Assembly: GCF_006345805.1 (NCBI RefSeq)
Contig: NC_043002.1
Coordinates: 9,486,001-9,550,000 of the forward strand
DNA length: 64,000 nucleotides
Reading direction: 5' to 3'
From: Octopus sinensis
Taxonomy: Eukaryota
Both the position numbers and the translations under genes were made by a program. The notes beneath the pieces were generated by a model. The model had not been told where the DNA came from and ran no database searches. It worked only from the letters and a program-made list of their open reading frames with translations. Positions 26,360-39,466 of this stretch are shown one piece after another (the stretch's first letter is position 1; every line of letters begins with the position of its first letter).

Positions 26360-26770
26360 AGTTGCACCTGGTATTTCAAAGTGTCAGCCTTGTCACATTC
26401 TGTGTCATGCTGAATCTCCCTGAAAACTACATTAACCCTTTCGTTACCAACCCGGCCAAAACCGGTTCTGGCTCTGTAGTACAAATGCCTTGTTTTCATA
26501 AGTTCTGAATTAAAATCTCCCACCAAACCTTATTCACAACTTATGTTCCTAACACTAGTTTAATGATAACTAAGTTATTTTACTAAATTCTTGGTTATAT
26601 TTAAAATTAACTGAAAGAAACACAGAGCATCTCAAAATAAATACAGTAACAAAAGGGTTAAGGGTTCATGTTTCTGTGGAGTGCTCAGCCACTTGCACAT
26701 TGATTTCACGAGCAGGCTGTTCCGTTCATCGGACCAACTGGAACCCTCATTGCCATAACTAACGGAGTGT
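26360..26770 (+). mobile_element. SINE family C, 5'-truncated, split by a MITE
   Basis: The flanks on either side of the MITE join into a sequence collinear with 11640-11810. Confidence 0.8.
26436..26657. mobile_element. piggyBac-type MITE (family 1)
   Basis: TTAA at 26432-26435 and 26658-26661; TIR CCCTTTCGTTAC / GTAACAAAAGGG; inverse of 63362-63582. Confidence 0.92.
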
Positions 26771-26788
26771 CAGTGAAAACCTGATTAA

Positions 26789-27004
26789 CCCTCTTGCATT
26801 CAGATAACTCCATCAAATGTAATGCTTATTTATTCATGTTGTTTTGAATTAATCATGTTTCATCTTGTAACCTAAAGATTTCAATGATATAATTGTTTAT
26901 TTTTAAAATGACATTGTAGGATAGGTGTGAGAGGCCAGGTTTGGTCACTTTAAACATAAAACAGAATATTTGGGGTGGATATGGCTAGTTTAAATGCTAA
27001 AGCA
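26789..27004. mobile_element. piggyBac-type MITE (family 2), diverged
   Basis: TTAA-CCCTCTTGCATTCA ... TAAATGCTAAAGCA-TTAA; partial copy at 36750-36921 ends TAAATGCTAAAGGG-TTAA. Confidence 0.75.
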
Positions 27005-27099
27005 TTAAGACCTATGACATTTCAGTCTTTTTATTCAGATAGGTTCAACACAGTGAACTAGTGAGTCACTAGTCCATCATTTACTTACTTGTACTTGTG

Positions 27100-27420
27100 G
27101 CGACATTCACCCTGGGCGGGTTGAGTCGGCTTCTTCCACCACCCTCGATGCATCTCGAATCATGGCAGCCCATGCATGACGGTCTTTCACCAGTTCACTG
27201 GAGATAGCGAGCCAGTCACAGTTCCATCGGTGCAGGCCGATGTTGCCATTGTGTTCGCCATTGAGAATTCCTGGAAGAAGTTTCGTGGGAATATGTGGAT
27301 TTCACAAGGGGTCCCCAACAATCCCGCATGTAGAGACATCCTGTTTGCCACAGATTGTCCGCAGACGCAGGGACAGAACGACCGAGGAGCCGTCGGTTGC
27401 CGAAACAGACACTCCGAGGT
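27100..27420 (-). mobile_element. 3' fragment of another RTE-like LINE family
   Basis: Minus strand IGLHRWNCDWLAISSELVKDRHAWAAMIRDASRVVEEADSTRPG; homologous to the C-terminus at 37900-38335. Confidence 0.7.
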
Positions 27421-27922
27421 CTAGTTCATCACTAAAATATAAAACCATTTTTTAGGTTACAAGTACTTATAGAAGAAGCATATCTACAAGAATGAAGCTT
27501 AAAATAAATGTTGTTTTTGTTCCAATCCTTGAATGGTATCAAACAAAAGAGGAGTATTAGGTTTTGTGTTGCTTTGATATTTCAACTGCTTTGTCTGTTC
27601 ACATTATACAGAATTCAAACAAAAGATTTCTGTGTCTAAACAAGTGGCATATAATTCATGACTGATTCTGAGTGACAGGGTTTGATCACACTGGACACAG
27701 AACTGTACATACAAACCTGTTGCAGATGTGAAGGCTGTGAACTTAATGCAAGAGTCAAGAATACAAAATAACTGGGGCCCTTGACATGTAATCCTTTGTT
27801 GATCTTTGTTCCGCATTGAATTACACAGACTCTACTATGCTGTTCTCTCCATCAGGAATGCAGTGAACTAGGGATTGGCTTGTTGGAGGCCTGTAATTAA
27901 CAATGCGATTGTTTACATGCAT

Positions 27923-30060
27923 ATCATCATCATCATCGTTTAACGCGTGTTTTCCATGCTAGCATGGGTTGACCGAGGTCTGGGAAGCCAGGAGGCTGCA
28001 TCAGGCCCTAGTCTGATCTGGCAGTGTTTCTACAGCTGGATGCCCTTCCTAATGCCAACCACTCCATGAGTGTGGTGGGTGCTTTTTAGGTGCCATGGGA
28101 GGCTGGCAACAGCCACAATCAGTTGGTGCTTTTTACGTGCCACCGGCAGAGGTATCACAACTACAGTTTCCATTTGATTTTTGATGTTGATGTACTTGAC
28201 TCAATAGGTCTCCTCAAGCACAGCAGGTCACTCTACGATCCAAGGTAAGCACAGCAGGCCATCTTGTGATCCAAGGTATTTTGGATGGGCTGGGGCTTCT
28301 ATGTGAAGCTGGTGCAGGAAACAGCCATGAACTCACGTCACAGCATATCTCCAGAGATCTCGGTCTTTCGTCATTGCCTCTGTTAGACCCAACATTCAAA
28401 GGTCATGCTTGACCACCTCATCCTGGGTCTACCTCTACTCCGGATTCCTTCAACTGTTTGGGAGTGGCACTTCTTCACACATCTCTCCTCATCCATCATA
28501 GTACATGATCATACCAGCACAGACGTCTCTCTTGCACGCCACATCCAATGCTTCTTATGTTCAGCATTTCTCTCAGGGCACTTACACTTTGTTGACATTA
28601 CACATCCAGCGGATCATGCTAGCTTCATTTCTTTCAAGCCTACGCATGTCCTCTGCAGTCACAGTCCATGTTTCACTACTGTGAAGCATGGCAGTTCGCA
28701 CACATGCGTCGTACAATCTACCTTTCACTCTGAGTGAGAGACCCTTTGTCACCAGTAGGGGTAGGAGCATTCTAAACTTTGCCCAGGCTATTCTTATTCT
28801 AGTGGTAGCACTTTCCGAGCATCCACCTCCACTTCTAACTTGGTCACCTAGGTAACAGAAACTATCAACTACTTCTAGTTTCTCCCCCTGGAGTGTAATG
28901 GAATCTGTTTTCTGAGTATCAATGGTATATTTTGCCCCTGTGCATCTGCCGCACATGAAAGCTATCTTCTCAGTTAATTTTCCTTTGATGTTGCTGCACC
29001 TCTTATGTGTCCATGGTTTACACTGGGTACATCTTATGGAGTTTCTACCTACACCTTTTCTACAGATTGAGCAGGGCCACCTACTTGAGGGGGAGTGTGA
29101 TGGGTTTGCCTTCCTACTTACTAGAACTTTGGTCTTTGCTACATTGACACTAAGGCCTTTTGATTCTAAACCTAGCTTCCACACCCGAAATTTTTTGTTC
29201 CGGTAGTTATTCTGCTATGAGGGCCTGGTCATCAGCATAGTGGAGCTCCCAGGGGCAATCCGTCTTGAATTCCTCTGTTATTGCCTGGAGGACTATGATG
29301 AATAAAAGTGGACTGAGGGCTGAACCTTGGTGGACCCCTACTTCTACCTGGAATTCTTCACTATACTCATTGCCAATCCCAGCCTTGCTGATGGCCTCTC
29401 TGTAAAGGGCCTGTACAGCCCTTATTAACCATTTGTCGATCTCCAGTTTCCGCATCGTCCACCAGATAAGGGATGGGGGGACCCTGTCAAAGGCTTTCTC
29501 CAAGTCCACAAAAGCTAAGTAGAGGGGTTTATCTTTAGCTAGGTACTTCTCCTGCAGTTGTTGGACCAGGAATATGGCATCAGTGGTGCTTCTACTTGGA
29601 ACAAAACCAAACTGCATCTCATCTAAGCAGACTCTCTCACTAATGAGATGGACGATGACCCTCTCTGTGACTTCATCACCTGATCCAACAGTTTAATACC
29701 CCTGTAGTTATTTCTGTCTAGAGCATCACCTTTACCCTTGTAGCAGTTGACTATGGTGCTGCTACGCCAGTCATTGGGTATGACTCCATTATGAACTACC
29801 TGGTTTACAATGCAGGTGACTAGGCTGTAGCCCACATCACCAGATGTTTTAAGTATCTCAGCAGTGATTCCTGATGGGCCGGGGGCTTTTCCTGGCTTCA
29901 TACCCTTAATTGCTTTATCTACTAGGGAGATGTCTATTGGGATAGCTGGTCTCTCTACTGGGTCAACGTTTGGCAGGCTCTCCTCCTCCCATTCATTCTC
30001 CACATTCAGTAGTCTCTCATAATGGCTTCTCGAAGCGTCTTTCTTTTCAAAAACATTGAA
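27923..30060 (-). mobile_element. RTE-clade LINE, 5'-truncated, with (GAT)n tail
   Basis: GKAPGPSGITAE...NYRGIKLLDQ; LAFVDLEKAFDRVP...GVHQGSALSPLLF...LHYADD; FCYLGD. Confidence 0.95.
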
Positions 30061-30636
30061 AGCAAGTGCACCATCATCCATGTGGACGCATTTCTCTCCT
30101 GGACACGATGTACAAATGTATAAGTGTGTTTTATGGTAGTGATATATGGATGACGGGTGCAAATAAAAACAAACTGAATATGTTCTGTTTGACTTGAAGA
30201 AAAACTGAGCTTCAGTGTTTTGCTAAATATGAGGAGCTTATTTTCAAAACCTGTATGAATGCATTTTAGTCGATTTCATAACTATTAAAACACAATCTGC
30301 AAGCTACTGGCTTCATGCATGTGAAATTTTTTTTCAGTCAAACTGGGATGGATGCCATTTGGACAGTAGGGGAATCTTAGTCTTCCAATCAAAATCAGAT
30401 ATATTCATGTTGTTGTTATAAACAATTACTCAATAGTCATTCTGGTGCATATTTGTGGTTTTGAAAGTAAGCTCTTCATCTATTCATTTAATGTAAATTG
30501 ATGATACGATATAGTGCAAAACAATACTATATGAAGGCAGTGAAATGTACTCATAAATGATAGATGAAAGAAGTTCATATAATGGAATGTTTGTGTGGTG
30601 AGATGAGAATTCTACTCATGGTATATAAACTTGTTC

Positions 30637-30869
30637 AAGGTGGCGAGCTGGCAGAATCGTTAGCACGCCGGGCGAAATGCGTAGCCGTATTTCATCTGTC
30701 GTTACGTTCTGAGTTCAAATTCCCCCGAGGTCGACTTTGCCTTTCATCCTTTCGGGGTCGATAAATTAAGTACCAATTATGCACTGGGGTCAATATAATC
30801 AACTTAATCTGTTTGTCTGTCCTTGTTTGTCCCCTCTGTGTTTAGCCCCTTGTGGGTAGTAAAGAAATA
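30637..30869 (+). mobile_element. SINE family A with 17-bp TSD
   Basis: TSD GGTATATAAACTTGTTC at 30620-30636 and 30870-30886. Confidence 0.95.
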
Positions 30870-31394
30870 GGTATATAAACTTGTTCTATCATTATTGTGA
30901 ATGTTTATGAACTGAATTTTGTTAATGCAAGCCAATATTAGTTTCCTTAGACTTCTCTGTTTTTCTTTCTATCCTGAAGAAGGAATTACTATGGCGTAGT
31001 TTGCTCTGACCTGAAAATATTGGGCCTCACAAACGAGAGGATGATGTAAGATAAAGACAATTGCTGACGTGCAAATCTGTTTAATTTATGCCTGAACATG
31101 AAGACACACATTAGCTTGATAATAATTTTGGAAATAATAAGTGTGATATGTAGGTGTAATTTCAATGCTTCTGTCTTTAACTTGCATTTGCTTCTTGAAT
31201 ATAAATCATACCACTTCCGTTATGAAAACATGGGTGAGGAGAATGAAATTTGAAACAAACTTGAGGATTGTTAGTATCTCATTTTTCCTCAGTGAAGAAA
31301 ACATATTCATCAGTATACCAACTCTTGATGAATCACAGAAACTTCTCTTAACCTATTCACAAGGGTTGAGAGAAGTTTTGTTTGAGAAGTCTTT

Positions 31395-31617
31395 GGCAGA
31401 AACGTTAGCACACCGGGCAAAATGCTTAGCAGTATTACGTCTGCCGTTATGTTCTGAGTTCAAATTCCGCCGAGGTCGACTTTGCCTTTCGTCCTTTCTG
31501 GGTCGATTAAATAAGTACCAGTTATGCACTGAGGTCGATATAATCGACTTAATCTGTTTGTCTGTCCTTGTTTGTCCCCTCTGTGTTTAGCCCCTTGTGG
31601 GTAGCAAAGAAATAGGT
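31395..31617 (+). mobile_element. SINE family A
   Basis: Family A sequence. Confidence 0.9.
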
Positions 31618-33029
31618 TCTATGCTAAAAACTAGTGAAGGTTTGAGTAGTACTAAATTTTAAAAGAATTTTATATACCAATATATTATCATTATCATTGT
31701 TTTTGCTTAGACTGCTATATTATCAGAAAAAAAAACATTGCCGAGATAATTTCCCTTGATACTTGTTTCTTTGATTCGTTGCCTCATTCCAAGCTTGGTA
31801 CAGCATGTATCATGCCTTTGATAATTGTTTTAGGTGCCTGTGTAGTAGTAAGCAGACATAGACACACTTTTGGCTCTTTCTATTGGTCTAGCCATGCTCC
31901 CAGCACAGGAGCCAGTCGGGGTGGTGGGGCTGGCATCGACCACATTTGGATTTTGCTTTTTACGTGTCACTGGCACGGGGAGTCAGTCAGGTGGCTCTAG
32001 CAGTGACTGTTAGTTGCAATAGACTGGAAATGATTTATCCCACTTGTATATTATTACTGCATTTGTGAAGTACTAGATTTATGATCTGTGGCTTGTGGAG
32101 TTTCTTAATGTCATTGGTAATAGTTTTCTTATAGCTTTTTACTATAGCATCCATTTACATATTTGAACATATTTTTTATGTGATTAGTGAAACATATTTT
32201 TTATGTGATTTATAAACAAAGATATTTTAAATATTGGTCTTAGCTCAAATGCCTAATCTTATATTTTCTTGTAAATATGTTTTTGAAAATAGTTGAATAA
32301 TAAATATTTACTGTAAGATCCCTCTCTCTCTCTCTCTTCACCTCCTTATTTCTCCATTTTATGCCTCATTGAAATTGATTTTAAAGAAAATATCCCTATT
32401 TTCATTCCACATTTGAAACAAAATGTCTACACTGAGATTTTACATTTATACGTTAGTTATTCAGAAAGCTATAATTCCAGATGCTTACCATAGCAAAACC
32501 ATTAACTACTACATATACATTATGTAATACACTAGACTAGGGGAAGTTACAGAGTCTAATACTATGGAGATGGATGAATTTGTTAACCTCGAGCCTGGAC
32601 TTTTTCTTATCACTCAGCTAGTTCAATAATGAAATTCAGAGCTATATCATTCTAGCATCTGCTGCCTTAGCGAGATTGATGCCATGTTGTAGTCATGTCT
32701 GGTGCTTAAATTCCATATGAAAATTCTTGTGTTCTTGGTATTGGGATACTTAATTCCCTGTAACAGTGAAACTTGATTCTTCTGAAGTGATTTCCATTAT
32801 TTGGAGGCATCTGATGTTTAAGAAGAATATTATGTTTGCTACATTGATTGAGGGTGTACTCAGTACTATAACCCAACTGTACTCTTAGTCTGATTACACA
32901 TTGCCATTAGTCCAACCTTATGCTTTGTTTGTATTATGGTGGACAGTTGAAGATATAGCTATAGATCATTAAAGGTACACATTGTATTGATTACTGGTTT
33001 AAGTAATCAATACTAAACCTTTGATCTTT

Positions 33030-33770
33030 GTTGATGAATTACCTTCAAAATGGAGTCTGACTTGGCCCCCAACAGTAATTTGTAGGTGTTAAGTTATTGA
33101 GTACTTAGCACTCTACTGTATGGAAGTGAGACTTGGACGCCATACACACGCCAAGAGTGTCGCCTAAATATCTTTCACCTGTGCTGCCTCTGGAAAATCC
33201 TTTGCATCAAATGGCAGAATCATGTCCCCAACAAAGATGTCCTCGAGCAAGCAGGAATACCAAGCATGTTTGCACTCCTCACACAAAAACGTATGAGATA
33301 GCTTTGACATGTTAGCCATATGGAAGATGGCAGAATCCCCAAGGACATACTCAACGGAGAGCTTGCTAGGGGCACTAGGTCTGTGGGAAGACCGTTCTTA
33401 CGATACAAGGATGTTTGCAAAAGGGACATGAATGCCTGCAACATCAATATTACCAACTGGGAAGCAGTTGCCAGCAACCGTGGAGATTGGCGACGTACCG
33501 TAAAAGAGGGAACACAAAAGAGTGACATAGAGAGAGAGGAGAAATGGAAAGACAAGAAAAGACGTCAACAAGAAAGTATGACATTACAACCAGTCAGGCA
33601 AAGTCTTCGCTACATTTGCGGCACCTGCCAGAGGGAGTGTTTGTCCAGGATAGGACTACACAGCCACAGCAGGAGATGTATTAGGAATGAAATGTAAAAG
33701 CCGGACTAGATTATTTTATGCGCAACTCCATTGTCTCTCGAGACAAAAAGGATGCCAACAACAACAAGTT
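33030..33770 (+). mobile_element. BovB-like RTE 3' fragment
   Basis: LYGSETWT; MEDGRIPKDILNGELARG...GRPFLRYKDVCKRDM...CGTCQRECLSRIGLHSHSRRC; (CAA)n tail. Confidence 0.9.
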
Positions 33771-34408
33771 ATTGAGGCACAAATTCTGCTGATAGCGTCA
33801 TCTAAGTTTACTGATGGAAATAGAAGTACAAATGGCAGAGGATAGATATAGGTAGCTCTCACTTTGGGTAGAAAGCAAAATGTAGAACCACAACATATTT
33901 CTGGAGAAACGATTGCAAGAGAAGTGCTTGGCAAAGAATGACAAAATCTCACATAATATAGAGATGGCATTTGATAAAGTTACATATTCTGTATTTTTGT
34001 GAAAACAAGAATGGTAGGAGTAAAGGAATTGGTTTGTAAATGTATAAGTTAAAAATAGGATTAGCTGCAAGATTAAAATTCAGTAGCATTTGAGACATAG
34101 TTCTACTGAATCTGCAGAATAGGAAATTATAAGAACTTGTAGAGAGTATAGTTAATTGACGCTCAAGATATTTAGTGAGATTAGGGAATTGGTAGTTTGG
34201 GTTTACCAGAATGTTGGTGGTGTTGGCAGTATAAACTAGCAAGAATATGATTGTGATGAATTGCTCCGAAGATTGTAGCTGTTAATTAGGCTACTTTCTA
34301 AACATAAAATATTTATACTTGAAACTAAACATTAGTTTTTTTTAAACTTACCACAGCCATATCCCTTTGCTTTACTTTTTTATTATATTATTGGAGTTCG
34401 TAATATAT

Positions 34409-34635
34409 ATTTCTTTATTGCCCACAAGGGGCTAAACATAGAGGGGACAAACAAGGACAGACAAAGGGATTAAGTCGATTACATCGACCCCAGTGCATAA
34501 CTGGTACTTTATTTATCGACCCCGAAAGGATGAAAGGCAAAGTCGACCATGGCGAAATTTGAACTCAGAATGTAGCAACAGACGAAATACCGCTAAGCAT
34601 TTCACCCGGCGTGCTAACGATTCTGCCAGCTCGCC
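34409..34635 (-). mobile_element. SINE family A (gggcaataaag variant)
   Basis: Family A sequence in reverse. Confidence 0.9.
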
Positions 34636-34971
34636 GTCAAACTATGAAGTATATCAAATGTTTTTGGATTGCCTCTCTTTGTAAAAAATACATTTTTTTT
34701 GCTCTGAATTATGAATGAGAGAATTGTGTTGTGCAACAATTAGATATTAACTGTGGAAACTTAAGAGTTGAGGCAACTGGAAGAAATGAATTGGATTTAA
34801 TTTGTTGGTTACAGAGGTGGACTTGAGTATGCCTGAGTGGGTTGAGGAAATTACTGAAAATTAGAGATGTTGATTGGTAATATGATGTATGGTCATTTAA
34901 TGTATATAACTAATGTATACTTGGTACATTAGTAGGTGGGAATAAGCTTGATTTTTAGGTGTTAAATTATT

Positions 34972-35235
34972 ATCATCATCATCATCATCATTTAATGTCC
35001 GTTTTCCATGCTAGCATGGGTTGGACGGTTCGACCGGGGTCTGGGAAGCCAGGAGGCTGCACCAAGCTCCTGTCTGATCTGGCAGTGTTTCTACAGCTGG
35101 ATGCCCTTCCTAACACCAACCACTCCGTGAGTGTAGTGGGTGCTTTTTACGTGCCACCAGCACAGGTGCCAGGGAAGGCTGGCAATGACCACAATCGGTG
35201 TTGCCAGCCTCCCCTGGCACCTGTGCTGGTGGCAC
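34972..35235 (-). mobile_element. RTE 3' UTR and tail with an inverted 5' junction
   Basis: Tail at about 34972-34992; 35-bp inverted arms at 35151-35185 and 35201-35235. Confidence 0.85.
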
Positions 35236-35377
35236 AGAAGTTCCAAATGTTAGGAGATGGATTTACTTTGCTTGTCCATGCTAGTATTTCTTTGACCTTG
35301 ACTACACTGATGGATTTGTCCTCAAGCTCAACACCTCTGTGATGTAAGACTTGCTAACAAGTCTTATATGTCTTACA

Positions 35378-36368
35378 TGTGTACGAACAGCCATGCTACA
35401 TGGCAGTGAAACATGGGCCGTGACTGCTGAGGACATGCGTAAGCTCGCAAGGAATGAAGCCAGTATGCTCCGATTGATGTGTAATGTCAGTGTGCATACT
35501 CGACAGAGTGTAAGTACCCTGAGAGCAAAGTTGGACCTAAGAAGCATCAGATGTGGTGTGCAAGAGAGATGACTGTGCTGGTATGGTCATGTGGTGAGAA
35601 TGAATGAAATAGGTGTGTGAAAAAGTGCTACACCATAGCGGTTGAGGGAACCTGTAGAAGAGGTAGACACAGAAAGACTTAGGATGAGGTGGTGAAGCAT
35701 GACCTTCGAACATTAGGTCTCACCGAGGCAATGACTAGTGAGCGGGACCTCTGGAAATAGGCTGTGCTTGAGAAGACCCGGCAAGCCAAGTGAGACCATA
35801 ACCTTGTGGCCTATGCCAGAGGTGTAACCAGCCTACTTATGCATACCTTTCCTTCATTGGACACTAAACTCTGCTTGCGAAGATCTGTTGAAGCAAATGA
35901 AATCAAATTTGATGACTGGCGTCCGTGCTAGTGGAGTGCTAAGAGCACCATCTGAGTGTGATCGTTGCCAGAGCAGCTGACTGGCTTCCATGCTAGTGGC
36001 ACATAAAAAGCACCATTTGAGCATGATTGTTACCAGCGTTGCTTTACTGGCATTTGTGTCAGTAGCATGTGAAAAAAGCATTTGAGTGAGGTCGTTGCCA
36101 GTGCCGCTGGACAGGCTCCTGTGCAGGTGGCACGTAAAAAAACACCATTTGAGCATGGCCGTTGCCAGTACCACCTGACTGGCCCTCGTGCTGGTGGCAC
36201 GTAAAGGCACCCACTACACTCACAGAGTGGTTGGCATTAGGAAGGGCATCCAGCTGTTGAAATTCTTCCAGATCAAGATTGAAGCCTGGTGCAGCCATCT
36301 GGTTTGCCAGTCCTCAGTCAAATTGTCCATCCCATGCTAGCATGGAAAGCGGACGTTAAATGATGATG
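35378..36368 (+). mobile_element. RTE RT C-terminus, 3' UTR array and tail
   Basis: CVRTAMLHGSETWAVTAEDMRKLARNEASM; ends gacgttaaatgatgatg. Confidence 0.92.
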
Positions 36369-36469
36369 AAATGCACACAACTCAAAGAGGTCAGTGACCC
36401 CAAGTACCTTGGGTCCTATGTGAGAACGCCTTCCTTACAGTACCAGTAACAAGCTTAAAAACACCTATT

Positions 36470-36655
36470 TCTTTACTACCCACAAGGGGATAAACACAGA
36501 GAGGACAAACAAGGACAGACAAACGGATTAAGTCGATTACATCGACCCCAGTGCGTAATTGGTGCTTAATTTACTGAATATATAATTGTAAATATCTATT
36601 TCTTTACTACCCACAAGGGGCTAAACACAGAGGGGACAAACAAGGACAGACTGGG
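36470..36655 (-). mobile_element. Two short SINE family A tail fragments
   Basis: tatttctttactacccacaagggg at about 36479 and 36597. Confidence 0.8.
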
Positions 36656-36749
36656 AACTGGGAAGCCAGAAGGCTGCATCAGGCTCCAGTCTGATCTGGC
36701 AGTGTTTCTACAGCTGAATGCCCTTCCTAACACCAACCACTCCGCAAGT

Positions 36750-36921
36750 GTAGCACTTGAATTAATCATACAATACCTTGTAGCCTTGAGAGTTCAATGA
36801 TGTGATTGTTTCTTTGTAGAATGACATTGTAGGGTAGGTGTGAGAGGCTAGATCTGGTTAGTTTGAACCTAAAACTGAATATTTGGGCCAGCTATGGGCA
36901 GTTTAAATGCTAAAGGGTTAA
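36750..36921. mobile_element. Partial piggyBac-type MITE (family 2)
   Basis: Homologous to 26840-27004; ends GCTAAAGGG-TTAA. Confidence 0.7.
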
Positions 36922-37899
36922 GCCAGACCAAAATTGAAGAAATTTTAATGTTTTAATAAGACTATCTGATAATCTCTTTTCAATATAAATGTATTATCTG
37001 ATAGCTTGCTATTAATTTTGTCTTATATTATAACCATAAAATCAATGTTCTATTGAATTCATTCTTCTTAATATTTTACCTGTTGAAATATCTCTCTTTC
37101 TGCTACCTCTGCCAAGCTATTTAAATTCATGTACAGGTGTGCTGCAGAAAACAATTATCAAAATAATAGGTGATAATTTGTACCAATAATGAATTACAAA
37201 TTCTAATTATAAGGTATTTTAGAGAATAAAATTCTTTAATAGTAAGCACCATGCGCTATAGTGTGTGACAAAGAAGACTAGGTATTCCAATTAAAATAAC
37301 AGCTTTATTATTTTTTTATCAAACTACAAGGAACAATCTTTTACTATAAACGTTTTTTTTTCCAATTGTTAATCAAATTGTTTATTGAAATTTGGAGAAA
37401 AAAATCTCTAACTATAAATTTCTTTATTGAAGGAAGTAATGTTGAAATTGTGGTGTTTGTCTTCACTATTCTTGTTTTATAGATAAGAATAAAATCAATA
37501 GCTATTGAGAAACAATTACGAACCTTGTCTTTGTAGTTTACTAAAAATCTGGAGTTAATGTGATATAAACAAGGGTACAGTAGATCTTCAGAAACCAAAA
37601 AACAAAAAATATTTAAGTGTGAAATAAATATATAAAGTGAGTGCTGTCTTTTATGCATGAAATTGTATGAAATTATTATATTTACTAATTAAAGTTGTCA
37701 AATTCTGCTGAGATCAACTTTGCCTGTCTTCTTTTTGGGAAGCACTGGAGTTGATATGATTGATTTAACCCCTATCCTGAAATTGTGGACCTTGTGCCAA
37801 AATTTGAAACCAAGTTAAAGTTGAATAGTTGTTGATATTCTGACTTTAATTTACTATGTCTCCTTATGAGAGCTCAAAATCTCTCGTGGAAGCGTCTTC

Positions 37900-38335
37900 T
37901 TCTTCTTACAGCATTCACCCGGGGTGGGTTGAGCTGGCTACATTCATCCTCAGTACTGCATCTCTCACAAATGCCGACCAGACCTGGTGATTTGAGGCTA
38001 ACGACCGCGTGATCTCCAATCACTCCTTATTCCAGCGGCGAAAGCCGTAGATATGGGGTCCTAGGTTGGGTTCCAGACCAGCCTTGATTGTCATCAGCCA
38101 GGTTTTTCGTTGTCCACCACATCGCTTTCGCCAACCCTGAAGGGGAGCTGGGGCAATTGCTTCGTAGATGAATTCTCCTGGTTGACGACGGAGGGCATGA
38201 CCCAGCCAACGCAGATGTCTCGTTAGGATGACTTGTCGGAGGGAGGTGATTCTGCACTGGTGTCGCACCGAACTGTTGGAGGCAAAGCGATGCCATCGGA
38301 CACGAAGGATGCGGCGGGAAATTACCACCTGTATC
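37900..38335 (-). mobile_element. RTE-like LINE 3' fragment
   Basis: RRILRVRWHRF...RHLRWLGHALRR...GGQRKTW...YGFRRWNKE. Confidence 0.85.
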
Positions 38336-38567
38336 ATCTCTTGTGAAAGGTAGAAGAGTCCAGTTTGCTGGACATTGTTGTTGAGCTGAGAACGAGGTAA
38401 TTTCTACTCTTTTCCTCTGGAAGCCATCTGCTCGCGGTACCAGAGGGTGCACACTCTCCTACCCTAATGTAATCTCCAGGGATACAGGCATCCAGCAATA
38501 GGACCTCCGTAATGCTATGATGGACCGTGAAGTCTGGTGTAACATAGTAAATTAGATGATATCTATT
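38336..38567 (+). mobile_element. 3' fragment of a different LINE
   Basis: SSLVKGRRVQFAGHC...LFLWKP...LSYPNVISRDTG...DLRNAMMDREVW. Confidence 0.65.
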
Positions 38568-38802
38568 GCAAGGTGGCGAGCTGGCAGAAACGTTAGCACA
38601 CCGGGCGAAATGCTTAGCGTTATTGCGTCTGACATTGCGTTCTAAGTTCAAATTCCGCTGAGGTCGACTTTGCCTTTCATCCTTTCGGGGTCGATTAAAT
38701 AAGTACCAGTTACGCACTGGGGTCGATGTAATTGACTTAATCCGTTTGTCTGTCCATGTTTGTCCCCTCTATGTTTAGCCCCTTGTGGGCAATAAAGAAA
38801 CA
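38568..38802 (+). mobile_element. SINE family A with 10-bp TSD
   Basis: TSD GATATCTATT at 38558-38567 and 38803-38812. Confidence 0.92.
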
Positions 38803-39466
38803 GATATCTATTACATTCAAGAAAGCTGTTTTTAACTGGACTTCCATGTTGCTGTTGAAGATGTTAGTTTCCTTTTCCTTTTTTTTTGTTTCATCTAAGG
38901 CTTTCAAATATACATGTATGAACCTATGAAATAAGATAGGAGCTAACTTATTCAGGCACAGCCTCAAAGAGACCTGTAAATTGTTCATTAGGATAAACCT
39001 AATGAAAATTTTGCTTTAAGTGTACAAACCAGTAGGATTGATTTCATCATCAGTTAATTCTTCAGTGATGGATCTTTAAGAAAAAAAAAAAAGGTTTATG
39101 GTAAGAAATGGCAAAATTATTTTCAAAAAAACTGCTTCAAAAATGATTTGAACAAATTTAGAATTACCTAATCTCTCTTGAATTGGCAGGAAAGACAAAT
39201 TTTATATTACTTCTACAAAAGTAAGAAAAGTTGAAGGAAGTATCTGCAGACATTTTGAGAAGATGGTTGTTCAGCAGATAAGAGAAGATTCTTGTTTACA
39301 ACTGTAGAAGTAACGGTGAAGAGAAAGTTTTATTTAACATGTAGCTATATTTTGTGTGCAGCAGCAGTAAGAGGAAAGGATAGCAGGCTAAGAAGTTATA
39401 TAAACTATACCAAGCATAGGAAAGGTAAATTAATTTTTTTGATGGTGATAATAAAGAATCAGTTAA

